Part shown: positions 62,771 through 64,000 of the stretch, in pieces
Layout: every line of letters begins with the position of its first letter
Numbering within the stretch: position 1 is the stretch's first letter
Origin: Octopus bimaculoides
Lineage: Eukaryota
DNA length: 64,000 bases
Assembly: GCF_001194135.2 (NCBI RefSeq)
Contig: NC_068994.1
Span: 17,786,766-17,850,765 of the forward strand
Direction: 5' to 3'
Translations under genes and position numbers: made by a program
The notes under the pieces: model-generated
The model's input: the letters and a program-made list of their open reading frames with translations, nothing else
Told to the model about the DNA's origin: nothing
Database searches by the model: none

Positions 62771-63119
62771 CCTCTCCTGTATCACCATTACCTATTTACA
62801 AATTTTATTATTGTAATCAGCACGTGGTAAAGGACGGGGGCAACCATGTTAAACAAGATATTATGTAATTAATAATAACAGCTAGACTTTCATTTTCAAT
62901 GATTAAATATTGAGAGAAGTGAAAAGTTGAAAAAAAAAAAAGATGTGAATATACTGATTTTTTTTACCATATTTGAGTAAAATTTATCTCTCGAAAACCG
63001 TTGTAGACAAAAAAACGTCAGTCGAACTCCGATCGATTTTGTAGCAATTCGGTGTAACGTTGTACAATGAAACATTTCGGCAATTTCCGTTGAAACGTAA
63101 CGGCTTGAATAAGTTACTC

Positions 63120-63264
63120 CCCCTTACTAGGTCTTCTATCGTAGTGTGTCGCTAGTGACAGTTGTTTCCTGTAGCGGGAAATTTTGATTTTACGTTTCCT
63201 TCAAATTGCACATTTCTCGTTCAGGACTGATTATATTTTGCTTTTTTCCCCGGAGAATCGATAG
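63120..63264 (+). other. Candidate non-coding first exon of a plus-strand gene continuing beyond the window
   Basis: Perfect donor AG|GTAAGT at 63265-63270 in a CpG-rich island; no ATG seen in the preceding ~125 nt; 5' end is a guess. Confidence 0.4.
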
Positions 63265-63741
63265 GTAAGTCTCACGCTATATATATAACTCAAAGCAGTA
63301 TTAGTAAAATGAATTTTTTTCTTTGACAGTTCCTCACTAAATGACGCGACAGCTAAAATATATTTAATAAGAAATGAAAATTAAAACAAAAATACTCACA
63401 CCAGTCAAAAGATTCTGGAACGGATCATCATTAAATTGATATCACCACACGAATTCAATTAAGTAACTAATTAGGCTAGCAACTCTCGCCTCGGTCAAGC
63501 TGTCATACTTAAACGAAACGAAAAGCGGGCTGTCACGCTTAAACGAAAACATCTGGGCGAGATTGTGGTTTCAGCACCTCATATAACTTCTCATAACTTT
63601 TTACTTTTGGGGAATTTTTAGAAAAGTTTTGTGAATTTGTGTTCTTAATATGGGGATTCATTCATACGATTATGCAAAAAAAAAAAAAAAAAAATGTGTG
63701 CGATTCTGCTGTTGCTTTTAGCATATCAGTTTAATAAGTAT

Positions 63742-63923
63742 ACTCTTTTACTTGTTTCAGTCATTTGACTGCGGCCATGCTGGAGCACCGCCTTTAGTCG
63801 AGCAAATCGATCCCAGGAATTATTCTTGGGAAGCTTTCTTTTGCCGAACCGCTAAGTTACGGGACGTAAACACACCAGCATCGGTTGTCAAGCGATGTTG
63901 GGGGGACAAACACAGACACACAT

Positions 63924-63954
<31 letters not shown>

Positions 63955-64000
63955 CATATATACGACGGGCTTCTTTCAGTTTCCGTCTACCAAATCCACT
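63742..64000 (-). mobile_element. SINE family A, young copy cut by the window end
   Basis: Reverse complement of 16746-17152. Confidence 0.85.

Overview
AT-rich eukaryotic DNA, probably from a coleoid cephalopod (Octopus-like; inferred from the SINE, RTE and microsatellite landscape, not from a search). It has four N gaps: 11634-11784, 31539-31628, 35753-35974 and 37147-37617. The only confidently identified host gene is class II fumarate hydratase (FH) on the minus strand. Eight well-supported coding exons (558-23731) splice in frame with GT-AG boundaries. A weaker candidate presequence exon at 30577-30642 would complete a 486-aa protein. About 2 kb upstream, on the same strand, is an intact Brinker/pogo-type HTH ORF preceded by a CCAAT box. 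The rest is mostly transposon debris: tRNA-derived SINEs, RTE LINE tails and bodies, two Ty3/Gypsy remnants, R4/Dong, Tx1 and CRE-like LINE ends, Penelope-like fragments, and piggyBac, hAT, Tc1/mariner and Merlin-like DNA elements. Most notable: (1) hammerhead-ribozyme-like cores, one closing an ~80-bp palindromic stem in FH intron 5; (2) the Brinker-domain ORF, whose phase-0 donor is compatible with FH exon 2; (3) a repeat pair that records CpG decay across a methylation-like boundary; (4) a (TAA)n retrotransposon pile-up at 40-44 kb. No CRISPR array, rRNA or bona fide tRNA gene was seen.
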